Source of the DNA: Camelus ferus
Lineage: Eukaryota
NCBI RefSeq assembly: GCF_009834535.1
Contig: NC_045696.1
Coordinates: 51,834,001-51,898,000 of the forward strand
Reading direction: 5' to 3'
DNA: 64,000 bases
Shown here: positions 26,255 through 39,720 of the stretch, in pieces
Layout of the letters: each line of letters starts with the position of its first letter
Numbering within the stretch: the stretch's first letter is position 1
The notes under the pieces: generated by a model
Seen by the model: only the letters and a program-made list of their open reading frames with translations
The model's database searches: none
Told to the model about the DNA's origin: nothing
Translations under genes and position numbers: made by a program

Positions 26255-26585
26255 CCCCATCTTATATTCTTGCCTCTTCCACCTAAGATAACCATTATTC
26301 TGATTCTTAAGTTTATCTTTCTTTGTTTCCCTTTTCACGTAGTTTCATCACATCTATAGGTATTCTTAAATTTATGTTTGTGTGTGTATGTATGTATATA
26401 TATATATATATATATGCATATGTGTGTATATATTATGTATGCAATATGTATGTATTTTGGTTGTTTTTAACTTTATAAAATTCTATTATGTTCTACGTAC
26501 TGTTTTGGGATTTAATTATTTTCACTTAATATTATATTGTTAAAGTTTACTCATGTTGTATATCCCTGCAGTTCATTCATTTGAT
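26255..26585 (-). mobile_element. Old L1 (L1M/L1ME-like) 3' fragment with internal (TA/TG)n
   Basis: gataaccattattctga...ttttcacttaatattatattgttaaagtttactcatgttgta...gttcattcattt, typical of a reverse L1M 3'UTR. Confidence 0.65.
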
Positions 26586-29080
26586 GTTGCCAAGGTGGTC
26601 AGTAAGACAGAAAAATGGGACTAATAAGCCCTTATGTCATGGAATTACGCAGTTGTGAGTAGGAAGGATATTTAGGACATAATTTAAATGAATTCAGTAG
26701 CTCCAGAAATTAAAAAAAAAACAGAAAATTAATATATAAATTAAAAAATTCTTTCTCTATGGATAATGGATACTAAATAGCATATTTTAGTAAGCTGTAC
26801 ATATTTATTTTAAATATAATACAATTTATTATACACACACACACACACAGATGTTTGTTGAAGTGATTATTACAAAGCTCAAAGACATATGAAAATATAG
26901 TAAAAGTTCTTGTATAAAAATAAAACGTAATGTTCTAAAGGACCCATTGTAGAAGACTACATTACTGAATACCAAAGATCATCTACTCTTATCTTTAAGA
27001 ATTCACATAATACATTTTTATGTAAATGAAATTTATGTACAGGAATTTTCTTTATTATCAACTGTTCTCAAACACATATATATTATCAAAGAATTCCTAT
27101 AAATGATTACTTAATAACCACTGAAACCTTTACAAATATAATCTAAAGCATTACTGACAAACCTAATTAATTATCTGGCCAAATGGTGAGGATATCTCAA
27201 CCTTACCTCTCACCTTCTTCGTAAACACTCACAGATTATATTCCTTTGTCTTTATAACACTATCCGGAAGCCGTTCTCATTTGTTAATTCCAGAAATGTT
27301 TCAAATGTATTTATTTCAGTCAGCTGTTTCCTGATATCTCTCTGGCTGGCATCAGTTTAAAATGGATAGTATTATTGAAATTCAAAGTTGCTTTATTTTA
27401 ATATTATTATTAGTTGCCCCACATTCACTCCCTCCCCCCACCCCACATTCAGTGCCTCAGAGTGGGTTGTTGAATCACAGAGATTTAATATGACTCCTTA
27501 AGCTAAACAGAGTTCTAGTATAAGCAGACTTTTGTTACGGAGTACCCAAATTAATTTTATCCATTAAATCAGGATTTAGTTTGCCATTTGCCTTTACATA
27601 ATAGATATAACCACTTTCTCTGACTTGAGACAATCACAAAGAATGCATGTGAAGACTTAAAGCATAAAGCATGAGATATTTCATTCTTAGTTCTTCACTT
27701 AATGAATTATGTAGTTTTGAGGAATAGAGGAAAAAAATTGCTGAAGCAGAGCCCTCAACTGTGGCATAAAGTCCAAAGCATGGTCAGAAAAGAATCCAGA
27801 GGATTAGGAGAATTACTGCAGGTGATCAGAAGTACTGATAGGAGAGGAGGAGAGGAGAGTCACTTTTCATCCTTTGTCATTTTCCTAAGGCCTTTTGTAT
27901 AAACAAAAAAATAGGGCATAAACGTTTTAGGAATAAAGTTTTTTCAAATTTCTCAGTTTTCAAAAAAAAAATCTCTATACAGAGAAGAACTATATGAAAA
28001 GCAGCTAAGTGAGAGGATAACAGGAGTCTGAGGACCAAAAAGGAGGCACCCAAGCCAGCTCTTATCTTTATGCCCTCTCTCAGTCAGTAGGATTTCAGAA
28101 GATGGGAGAAGTTAGGAAAATTTTTACATGAGGATGAAAAAAAAAAAAAGTGGAAATCCTACTTTCAAGAGAATGAAAGGCATACCTTTTCTCCCTTATA
28201 TTACCGTTTTTAATTGGAAAAGGAAGAGTCTACTTCCTTCTAATGAAAACTTTGTCCTAATGAAAACTCCACTAGGAACATTTGCAATAGTCAAGGCACA
28301 AGGCAATGGCAATGGGAAAAGGAGATGAGTTTTAAGATTTGCTTTGGAGGTTGAATTGATAGGATATAGTGAAAACAAGCTATATTGTACAATAAGCCAA
28401 AAAATAGAATAATCTCTTTCTTCCAGGCTACTGTATAATGGAGAGTTAGTTGACTTTTATACAGCAAATATAAAGAAAACAAAAGTTTCATTCATCTTCC
28501 TGTTATGATGCCAATCTAATTTGCTATTAAATTTCCATTCAAATGCTCAATTTTGTTTAGTTACAAGAGATATGATCCTCTTAAACTTTCCCAGGCAGTT
28601 TGCATGGAAGTCAGTTGCTAAGGGTATTCCTAAGGGAAACTGCAAAACGTTGGAAGATAAACAACTTTAGTACAATATGCAGATTAAGTAGAGGGGAAGG
28701 CTGAGGAGTTACCTTTAGAAAGGAAAAGAAAAGACTTAGAATTCTGGGCTAGAGTTGCTAGTTAATCACTGATTGGATGGAACTTAGTCCAGGTAGTTTT
28801 ACGCTTCTTAAGAAGGGAGGATTTTTACATTTTTCCTCTTAGGAATAAGGTAAGAGTTATCATGGGGAGGAAGCTGAAGAGGGACGTTCATGAACCCCTA
28901 CCCCAATCCCCAACAGCATTCCTTTTCTCCCTCCCTCCACCTCTACATCTCTTGCTTTGATAACTCAAAGATAAAGAACCTAAATAGGGAGCCACATTTG
29001 GCAGCTGGAGGACTCAAAAGTTTAAAGTGAGGTTAAACTTCTGGAAAAGCTTTTGGCAGTTTACTTAGGTTGAGTGAAAG

Positions 29081-29230
29081 AAGCAATGTGATATGCTAGG
29101 AAAAGCATGGGCCTGGGGTCAGACAGCCATGAATTCGAAACCAGCTCGACTACTTAGTATCAGCATGACCTTGAGCGAGTTAGCCAACCTGTTTAAACCT
29201 TAGTTTAGTCATCTCTAAAATGATGATTAC
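29081..29230 (+). mobile_element. MIR SINE
   Basis: aaagcatgggcctggggtcagacagcc...gaattcgaaaccagctc...tgaccttgagcgagttagccaacct...tcatctctaaaatg. Confidence 0.85.
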
Positions 29231-29904
29231 CTAACGAACCTGTGTTTTACATACTACAGTACTCCGTACTTCTCTAGTACCTAAACTAGATTTAGAGTAA
29301 GGAGCTAACAATCATGACATTTATGTGAGAGAAAGGAAAGCTATCTAACCCTGAGAGCACTCACTGTCTGTAACAGTCATTTGACAACTGACCGGATGAT
29401 ACTTTGTCGACAGCTCTTCCTTTGCTAACTGATAAAATGCTAGGAGTAGAAGAAAAAGGCTTAATCCCTAACTTGCATCATTTGAAAAAAAAGTAAAGAT
29501 CAGAACTAAGAAGCAGAAGACAATACTAGATTATTATTAAGGTTAATTCTTTAGAGATTTTTCACAAGCTTATCATGTTTAGTGTTCCAACATTTTAGAA
29601 TATGTTTTCCACTTATACTTTGATATGGTTGTCTATCAGAAGAGTAAAAAGATGTACTTTAAGCGTAAATTTTCAGTAGATTTTGTGCTAGGCTTTGACT
29701 AGCTGTTTCACCTGTGTTATTGAATTTGTTATGACATTCCTTCCATTATTGCCTTAGTACTCTAGTTAATAAAAATTTACTAAGGAACCTATTAGTTAAT
29801 ATAATTAATATTTACTATTTATTATATACTAGGCATTATAATAATTACAGTATTATTAGTATTTTAACATTATTAATAGCTATGAACATATTATGTATAA
29901 TAAC

Positions 29905-30026
29905 AACTGGAAACATTTATTGAATGCTTATTGTATACCACTTTCTGCTAAGCATTTTATATATATTTTCACAGTTAATACTTTCAAAGACCTAATGAGC
30001 TAAGTATCATAAGACAAGTGAGGAGA
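29905..30026 (-). mobile_element. MIR fragment
   Basis: aacatttattgaatgcttattgtatacca...ctgctaagcatttta, the reverse MIR 3' end. Confidence 0.65.
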
Positions 30027-33000
30027 CATGATAATCTTTTCTTTTTAAGGGAAAATTCACCAAATACAGACTTCCAAGCACTGATAGAACAAAATGGTAA
30101 TATATCTTAAATTTAGAAAGTGCCATTCATAAAAGTATACTATTAACTATTTTACTAATTTGTGCTATATGCAATAATAATGTTATATTACTCAGGACTG
30201 GCTGCCCCCTAAGTGATTGCGTTTGACAAACTGTACCCAATAATCCATTTGGATAACAGTTTAAAGAGGAATGAAATTCTATCTAAAATACAGAGAGAAT
30301 TTAGAAAAACCAAACACTTTAACTTGACTAGAGTTTGTCCCAATGTATTTCAAAGTTCATAAATATAGTAGGCAACAATCATTGACATTGTCAAGGGATT
30401 TTCATTAAGTTTCAACACAAAGGCAACAAACTCAAACAATGTTGGTATAGAAAGCAGTGCCACCTAAAATAAAAGTAAAGCCAATATTATGATTTATTCT
30501 AGCTCCTACTCTTTTGACTAACCATCAGGCTCAGAAATTAAATATTTAAATATTTAAAATAATACAACTATAAGGGGTTGACCAGTGTGTTACTAAATGA
30601 AATGATCCCTATTTGAAGTGTCTCCCAGTTCAAAAATTATATCTATCCATCTCCTATCTCTCCCCCAAAATATAATAACTTAATTATCCTATGTTTAATC
30701 TGGCAGAGGAGCCAAAGAAGATATGATATTTTTTACTGTTACTTTACTTCAGGGAAAGGGAAAGGAATACAATATAAACCATATGGAAAACCTTACGTGT
30801 GTGTGTGTGTCTGTGTGTCCACCACAATGCTTTTACTAACTCTTTTGCTGACTGAATATAATATGTTGCCGTTCGATCTGATGAGTCTCCAGAAAGTTAG
30901 AAACATTCAAGTGAAATTCATAAAATAAGATAAACAGGCTCTAGGAATTCTAGTTCTTGAGAAGCTGATTACACACAAAAGGGCTATTAAAAGTGAAAGG
31001 GTTAGTAGAACATCTTCTGGGCTTATTTAATAAGAGAATGTAGAATTCTACCAGATTTTTTCCTAAAGAAACTACTAACAATGTTGTAGATTTACACAAC
31101 CTAAAAGGGAGCACAATGGGCTTGACTTGTGGGTATGCTTTAATAGGATGTACTTCTTCTTGCAGAAGATTGTATAGGTGAAAAGCTGACAAAGTCTACA
31201 GAGAAAGAAGTCTGCCATAGGGATAAAACGATTTGCTCTCAAGTTCTATATGTATAAAAAAACTAATTCTAATCCAAACTTTGATGAACTCAGGACTGTT
31301 GGTAGTGTTTTGCCTCCAGAATCTTCCCCTTTTTTGCCTCTAGAATATAACTCAAATTACTTTAAATTTTCACTAGGTTGATTGTATATTTCCCAAATCT
31401 TTTACAGAAAGATAGGCTAAATGAGAGAACTTCTAAAGGCCAGCTGGAAATGTCCTTTTAACAGTTCTAATCATAACAGCAGCAATATTAATAGAATAAG
31501 AATGAACAACTTGAATACCCACTATGCATCAGGTGCTACACTTAGAGTTTTATGTGCATTTAATAAATTAATAAAACAATTGATACTTTTGAGAATCTAC
31601 TTGAAACTAAGCTCTATACAGAATGTGTCGTCACACACACAAAAAGAGAAGCAATTTTAATTACCCAACTGAGCTAGAAAATTTAATGGATAAGGGTGTC
31701 ATAGGAGATTTTTGGTAAAACTGAATAGGTCCTTTCATATTTCTCTGTTTGAATCTTTCCAAATATCCCTAATGTCTGCTTTTAAGAAGAAAAAAAACTA
31801 TAATAATTTTGAAAAAAATTATCCACAAAACAAACTTTAACTCTTCTATATATAAAGCATTGATTCTTAACTTCTTAAGACACAAAATATTCTCTACTGT
31901 TTCTGAAAAGTCATTGGTAAGTAGCCATAAAAACTTAAATAATAACTGAAATAGTCTTTGGAGATTAACAGGTGAGGAAGAATTCTTAGAATATGCATTG
32001 GCCTCCATGCACATTGTTCAAAGCCATGTACTTTTATCTGTCAAGACTTTCCTCTTTGTTTTTTTATCTCCCTAGACTTAGGAATAACAGCATTTGTTTA
32101 GAGAAATTTCCTGAGAGTGCATCCACAAATACATATTCCTAGGAAGACTAAGAAGACAAGAGGAAAACATGAGAGTATAGTATTCTAAGGTCATTTAGTC
32201 TTTTTTTCTTATTATTACTATTATTAGGCCTACTGCCTATTACTAATAGGCTGACTCTTTCATTAGACCCAAAATATAGTGCTCTTTATTCAGGACTTGG
32301 ACATAAATATCAGTTGTTATTTTCACGGTAATTTTTAGTGATTTCAACCATAAATGCTTTAATTTTCTGAATATCCTAAAGCTAAGTACAAATATACTCC
32401 CACCACATTCTTCTATGCTAAAACAGTAATGTAGTTGGAGTACAGTTTCATTAAAGTATTTGAGGGGAATTTGTACATTAACAACATTTAAAAATGTAAC
32501 AATATACATGATATTGATAGTCATAGGACATAAGATGTCCTCATGGCTTTAGAATTTCTGATGCATTATTTTAAGACATCTTTTATCATTTTGATAAAGC
32601 TGAGGTCAAGTTTCTAAAAATGCAACCTGTTAAAAACAGCAACAAATGAATGAAGGTTGAGTCAGCTCATTTGATGGAAAGGGTAAAAAAAAATACTTCA
32701 AAAGCACACCACATGACTTGGTAAATATTCAGTGTATCAAAATGCAGTTGCCATCTGGCGTTGATAGACTGAGCTAGAATACGTGCTTACAAAAAAGTAG
32801 GAGAGGAAATAACTCAGCCAGGTTAATGTACTCTTGTCTACACTTCATAATTCAGGTATTAGGTGCTTTAAAAAATATTCACTACAAAAGAAAGGCAGAC
32901 TTGGGCAGTATTATTTGGGGGTGGGTGGAGAGGAGTACAGTAAGATAAGACCTGATGACAATTATATAAGCTAAAAACAAGAGTGTTTTAAGTAAAGCAG

Positions 33001-33664
33001 AACTCTCAGTCATATGATAATACTGCCAAAACATCAGCTTCACAGTTAAACACAAGGAAGTGGTAAACCCACATTGGAAAGGAATTGAAATCTTTTGCTT
33101 ACTGTCAGCTTTGAATATTTAATTATTCTTTTTTTTTTTTTTTTGGTGGGTGGTATGACTCTTCAAAATATAGAGTAAACCAGGGAATAAATAAAACTAT
33201 TGGTTGGACAGTAGAAAGAAGAAAAAAAATTTAAAGCCCTGAAATTCTTTGAAGTTTTTAAGCCTACAGTTTGCTATTAACTTTGCAGTGTGTAATCAAA
33301 CAAAAAGCAAATGTGAAGGACTTTATCCCTCTTGCTCAAGAAGTGAAGTACATTTAGAAAACAGTATCATTCACAAAAGAAAACTGAACATGATCAGTGA
33401 ACACTTGCCTGAAGTAGCAAGGCCTAGCCAAGGCCATATTTGGGCTTGTTATTGGATTCCTCTTTCCTTAACCTTGAACATTCCCTGGGTTTCCAAATCT
33501 TGACAATTTATGTTTTACCACACCTCTTGGAATCAAGGCAATAGGCAAAAAGAAAAGTTTTAACATAGCTCTGAAGGTTAATTAGGACAGCGTCTGGGGA
33601 AACTGTCAGCAAAAATGTATGAAGCACTTCTGGTGAGAGCTGATTAGGGTCAAGCATATACATG

Positions 33665-36600
33665 TATTTTAAATTAAGGTAAAATTTACATAACAGCAAA
33701 ATCCATGGATTTTTAAAGTGTATATAGTACAAGGAGTTTTGATATACATGTATACACCTATGTAACCACCACCCTAACAAAGACATAAAAATGCCTTTGT
33801 GCCCCCTTCCAGTCAATTCCCACCTCTCATAACAACCAATATTCTAATTTTTATCACTGTAGCTTTGCCTTCATACAAATGGAATCATACAGCATACAAT
33901 CTTTTGGATCCTGGATTCTTTTGGACAACGTACTTCTGAAATTCATTCACACTGTTATCTATGTTATAATCGATTTTGTTTTGTTTTGTTTCCTTTCCTT
34001 ATTAGTATTCTATTGTATGAATACACCACATTTTGTATTCCATTTCCTACATTTGGGTGTTTCCATTTTTAGGTAATTATGAACAAAGTTACTATAAACA
34101 TTCTTGTGCAAGTCTTTTTCAGGGCATAGTTTTCATTTCTTTTTGGTAAATACCAGGAATGCAATTACCAAGCAATAGGGTAGGTAGGTATATGTTTAAC
34201 TTTATATGATACTCACTAAGTGTTTCAAAGTGGAACCGTCCCACTAGCAAATGTAAGAATGCCAAGTATTCTACCTCCTTGTCAACACTTGAATGTGTCA
34301 GTCTTTTTTATTTTAGTCATTCTAGTAAGCATGAACTATGATCTCCTTGTGGTTTTAATTTGAATTTCCCTGATGACTAATGATGCTGAGTAACTTTGAA
34401 TGTAAAGTTTATTGGCCATTTTTAGATCTTCCATTGTGAAGTGCCTATTCAAGTTGTCTGCCTGTTTTTAAACTTTGTCTTCTTGTTATTGATTTGATTG
34501 ATTCCTCACATTTCTGAACATGAGACCTTTTTTGATACATGTGATGCAAATATTTTCACCCTGTCTGTTGCTTGCTTTTTCATTTTCTTAACAGTGTCAT
34601 TTGATAACCAGAAGTTTTTAATTTAAATGAGGTCTGATTTATCAATTTTTAAATTTTGTGTTTAAGGCTTTCTGTGTCCTATAAACAATCTTTGCCTACC
34701 CCAAGGTTGTGAGTTTTGTTTTGTTTTTTCCCATGTGTCATACTAGAAGCATTTACAATCTTAGTTCTTCCAGGCATTTAATACATTTCAGATTAATTTT
34801 AGCATATAGTGTGAGATAGAGACCAAGGTTTTGGGTGGGTTTGTTTGTTTTTTTTTTTGTATGCTTATTTGTAACAGTTCAAGCATAATTCATTGAAAAG
34901 ATTTTCCTTTTCTCAATTAAATTATGTCATCATCTTTGTTGACCACGTATCTTAAGTCAAGATCTGGATTCTCTCTCTATACTGTTACAATGACCTATTT
35001 GTGAGGTGTTATTTTTTGGCAGGGAAAAGTTTAGTATAATCTGTCTTTATACTTATAGAAAGTCTTGAAGTAGATAGTATGCGTGCTCCAACTTTGTTCC
35101 TCTTTTTCTAGGTTATTTGAAATTCCATATGAATTTAATTGTAGGGTTTAGACCCTTTAGTCTGAATGGAATTATTGTTATGGTTGAGTTAAGATTTACT
35201 ATCTTATTTGAGTTCTGTTTTTTTCCCTCTTTTGTTCCTCTGTTTTCCTTTCCTTTTTTCATGGCTTAAATTGGAATTTATTATCCCATTTTTTAATCAA
35301 CTATTAGTTTTTTGGCTGTACTTTTCTGTATTAGGTTTTAGAAGTTGTTCTAGGGATTGTAATCTACCTCTTTAACTTATCACTTTCTACTTAGAGTTAA
35401 TATTGTACTGTTTCATGTAAATGTATGAGTCTTACAGGAATATAATTCTATTTATCACCACTCTGTCCTTTGTAGTATTTTTTATATATTTTAAATTTGT
35501 AAATATCATAGATTCATGATAAAGGTATAACTTATGCATTAAAAGTCACTATTTTCTAAAATATTAGCAAAATAAAAAGATATTTTTATATATACTTAAG
35601 ATATTTATAACTTTTAGTGCTTTTCATTTTTTTGTAAACCGAGTTTCCATCTGATGTCAATTCCATCCAGCCTAAAGAACCTCCTTCCACATTTCTTATA
35701 AGAGTTCTGCTGACAAAAATTTTTGTTTATATAAAAATTATTTTTTTCATTATTGTAAGATATCATTACTGTAGGTAGAATTCTGAGTTGATAGTTTTTC
35801 TTTTTAAACATTAAAAAAAGGCATTCTGTGGTTGCTAGCCTCCATCATTTATGATGAGGAATCATCTGACATTTTATTTACTTGTTCCCCTACAGGTAAC
35901 CTATTCCCCAAATCCCTTAGGCTGCTTTCAAGACTTTTCTCTCTATCTTTGGTTTATAGAAGTTTGAAAACAATACCTACGTGTGGTTTTCCTTGTATAA
36001 TTTTGCTTTTACATCTAATTTTGGACATTTTCAGCTATCATTTCTTCAAACATAATTTCTGTCCCATTTTCTTTTCTGCTATCTCCACTCTGCTGTTAAG
36101 TCTTTCCAATTAATTATTTTTATTTCAGATATCTTACTTTAACCCTTTGGTTCTTTTTAATAATTCCTTTTACTTTCTCTTTTTCTGAGATACTCCAAGA
36201 ATATCAGACTGTTTGATATTATTATTCTACAGATCACTGATACTTTGCACATTTATTCAGTCCTTTTTAATAATTTTTATTAGTCTGTATTCATGTTTAT
36301 TGGCACTTTCTTCTGCTATCTCCAACGTGCTGCTAAGCCTCTCCAATTATTTGTTTTTTTGTTTGTTTCAGATATTGTGTTTTAACTTCTGAGATTTAAA
36401 AATATTTCCACTTCTTTGCTTATTTTCTCATCCATTTCATCCTTATGACCATTTTTTCTTTTAAGTCCTGAATATGCTTTTATAACTTTTGCTTTAAAGT
36501 CCTTGTCTGCTAATTTAAATATCTAGATTATCTAGGGATTTGTTCCTATTGACTGTCTTATAAAATGTGACAGTCCCATTTTCCTCTTTCCATGTCCAGT

Positions 36601-37410
36601 CATACATTTGCAACTTATGTATGATATAAGACTCTGGGTTCTGTTACATTCCTCTAAAGAATGGATTTTTAATTTTAATAGGCAATTAAGTAAATGGCTG
36701 ACCACTTTGATATTGTGGTGCCTTAGTTTTGTGCTTTGTTAGGGCCTTTTAATATTGCAGTTTTGTCCCTTTTTCTCAAATTAATTTCTTAGCCCTGGCT
36801 CATCATCTATGTTTCTAAGGTGTGGCCCTTCTGGGTTTTAGGTAAAATCATAGACATCACACTCCTAGTTTTGTCTCCCTTTCATCAGATATATTTTCTT
36901 AGCTCTTTTGGCCTCCAAGTTGTTCCTTTTCTCTAAGTCCTTTATAGACTCCCTTCTACTTGCACAGTTCAAAAATCAGCCAAAACGTTAGAAGAGTTTA
37001 TATTCAGGTTTATGGGTGCCCTTTTTCTGTGGCTTCATCATTTCCAAGATTTGTTTCCTCAATTTCAGCTACTCTGAACTCCATCCTCTGACACCTCAAT
37101 CCAATAAGATTGTGGCTTGCTGCTTCAATTCTAACTGTCCCCCATCATATACAATGGGGAATTCCTTGAGGGAAAAATCTATCATAAATGTGGATTTTGC
37201 TCACTACAGTTCACTCCAGCTTCTGTCTGCTTTTGGTTACTCTCCAAAACCTTCAAGTAATTGTTTATCAATTTTTAATTGTAGTTTACTTATTTCTTAA
37301 AAAAAAACAAAAAAACTTGCAACAAGAGTTTGGAATTGTTATCTGTGGATGTATTTATCCTGAAATTGTACAAATTACCCCTACATTACCAAAATCAGAG
37401 CTATCAAAAA
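33665..37410 (-). mobile_element. Old, internally deleted L1 (L1MC/MD/ME-like)
   Basis: Reverse L1 3'UTR (aaggtaaaatttacataac...tgtaaccaccacc...aaatggaatcatacag), ORF2 3' remnants (tttccctgatgactaatgatgctgag), then ORF1 and 5' sequence. ORF 35614-35811 (KKKNYQLRILP) resembles the ORF1p C-terminal motif KNCQPRILYPAK. Confidence 0.88.
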
Positions 37411-39637
37411 TGTTTTATGATAGATAGTATTTAGAAATTGATTTAGAAAATTGCATTATAATCAAAGTGTCAATAAGCTTCCCTCTCTCAAAAGACTGCT
37501 TGTTCCTTAGGAGAAAAGATTAACTTTTTCATCTTCAAAAATATCATTCACAGTGCCTAGGAAAATGGTGTGTATTCTAGCTACTAAATATGGCCATTGA
37601 GTATCTGTATAATTAAATTCAACAGAATAATCTAAATGAGTGAAATGAAATAGAATTACAAATAAAGCCACCTTAATGAATGTGTTTGGGAGATTAGTGG
37701 TACGAGAGATTTCTGATTATGACATAGAATCTGAACATGTGGTATACCTGCATAGGGAAAATGGGTAACTCCATCCTCACCATTTAAAAAACCTCATTCT
37801 AAGGCAAGCATTTGCTAATTATTTTATATAAATGAACTTATAAAGTAGCCAGGTAGTCGGACTCCAGAGTCAAATTTCAATCCTACTCTCATATTGCCTA
37901 CTCAGAATTGAGATCAAACTCATTGACAGCACTCATCACTTATTCTAACAGTATGCATTCCCCATTAATATTCTTCTCATCTCCTATTTTAGCAACTTGC
38001 TTTCTCTGTCATGTAAATTTGCTTTCCATATTTCCCATACAACCCTTGTTCATTTCATGAAGCAGCAGTAAAGTGGCTTTCTCAGACTGAAGGAGTGAGT
38101 GGTCAAAAAATACCTCTGGACTCAATTAAACTGAAACAGCCTGTCCAGTTCTGTCCACCCATCTTGTCCTTTAGAAATCAGTTTCAAATTCATTTCTTCC
38201 AGACAGCCTTCAGGATTTAACCTACGATCACCTACCACTCCATCTCATTGATTACCATGGAAAATTGATATAACAGACCAATTATCAATTATTTATTTTT
38301 ATGTCTAGGTGCTGTGGGGAAAACAAATTAAGAATAAGACAAGGTCCTTGGCTACAAACACATTACACTTTGGTTAGAGAGATTCCTACCCATCACACAA
38401 TCACCTACAGTGTAACCTTCATCCAACTGATCGATTTCTATGTACGCATATATTCCAATATGTTATTTCACTTTCCTTTCTTCCTTGTAATAATTTCATG
38501 CAGGCTATTCATCTCAAGAACCTAACTTCTTATGTACTTATCCCTTAAAACTAGAAAACTGAGGGCTGAGTGGAGCCCTGTGGCTCCTATCAGGTCTCTC
38601 TGGTGGAACTCAGTCCTTGCTGCCTCATTCAACCTTCCTCACTCAGCTTGTGATCAACTTAACTTTTAAAGTCTTTACACACATTAGGTAATATTTGTCC
38701 TCTATATTCCCAAGGGACTGTGGTCACTACCCAGCTAGGAAGCCCTACCCTTCATTATTCAGCCGCAGCTTGAAGAGTATTCTAATTCTAACCTTCCGCC
38801 CTCTGACGGACCAGCTGCATCAAAGGCTGTGTTCTTTTATTTGTTTGTTTTTTCCCTAAAGAAGAATCACTATTTTAAACTAAGTCATTTATTAGCAAAG
38901 TAAGGACTCTGGGTCCAAATTTTTAAAATGTGTCTCTTCTGTGAACCACAGCAAGTCTAAACTGAATTATGCTTCATATTAGAGTCAGGACTCATGTGAT
39001 CTCTTTTTCTCTGCCCCTCTGGATCTCTGCATGCTGTTCAGGGGAAGTTGCTGGCTTTTGAACTGACAGTTTGGAAATGAAGGCATTTTTCTTTTAGAGA
39101 GAATAGTCCTTCAGTGATTCAAACAACGAGCCTTGTGATCAAAATAATTCATAAAGGAAAAGATTTATGAAGTGACTTCACTAGCACACAATGCATTTTT
39201 TAAACTTTGTTTTTTAAATAAATCTGTCAGTACACAAGCCAAGACAACACATCTGAATGCAATATCAGTGGACACACCCTGAATCTCTTCTCCTTTGCTT
39301 GTCCAAGACTGTGGCAGAAAAGGAAAATACTTTTCTTTGTCTTTTTTCAATTTAATATTAGTTTTTTTTAATTAAAATGCGAGTTCTATGAAAAGGCTTT
39401 TAAAAATTGTGCATCCTATCGTTTCCTACATGAAACCTGCCTTTAAAAAATGCATTTTCCATCTACCACTTGTGCTTGTTTAAAAGAATAAAAAATAAAG
39501 AAAGAAGTCTAACTTATAATGAATCCCTCTGGCATAAGGAAGCCTGTTCTAATCTCCCTTTATCAGGTTTGAGTGATAGTTCTGCTCAACAAGTATTGAC
39601 AGGGCCGTCCTGTTTCTCAGGCTTTCCTTTCCCTCAC

Positions 39638-39720
39638 TTGGAGAAGGATACAGTGCATTTTCACATTCTCAAAGTCTGCAGTTGTTTTTATATAAGAAGC
39701 AATTTGCTTGGGTCACGTCA
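39638..39720 (-). promoter_or_regulatory. Candidate CRE plus TATA core promoter
   Basis: Minus-strand TGACGTGACC (39720-39711) sits ~15 bp upstream of TTATATAAAAA (39695-39685). Possible donor CAA|GTGAGG at 39638/39637. Confidence 0.3.
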
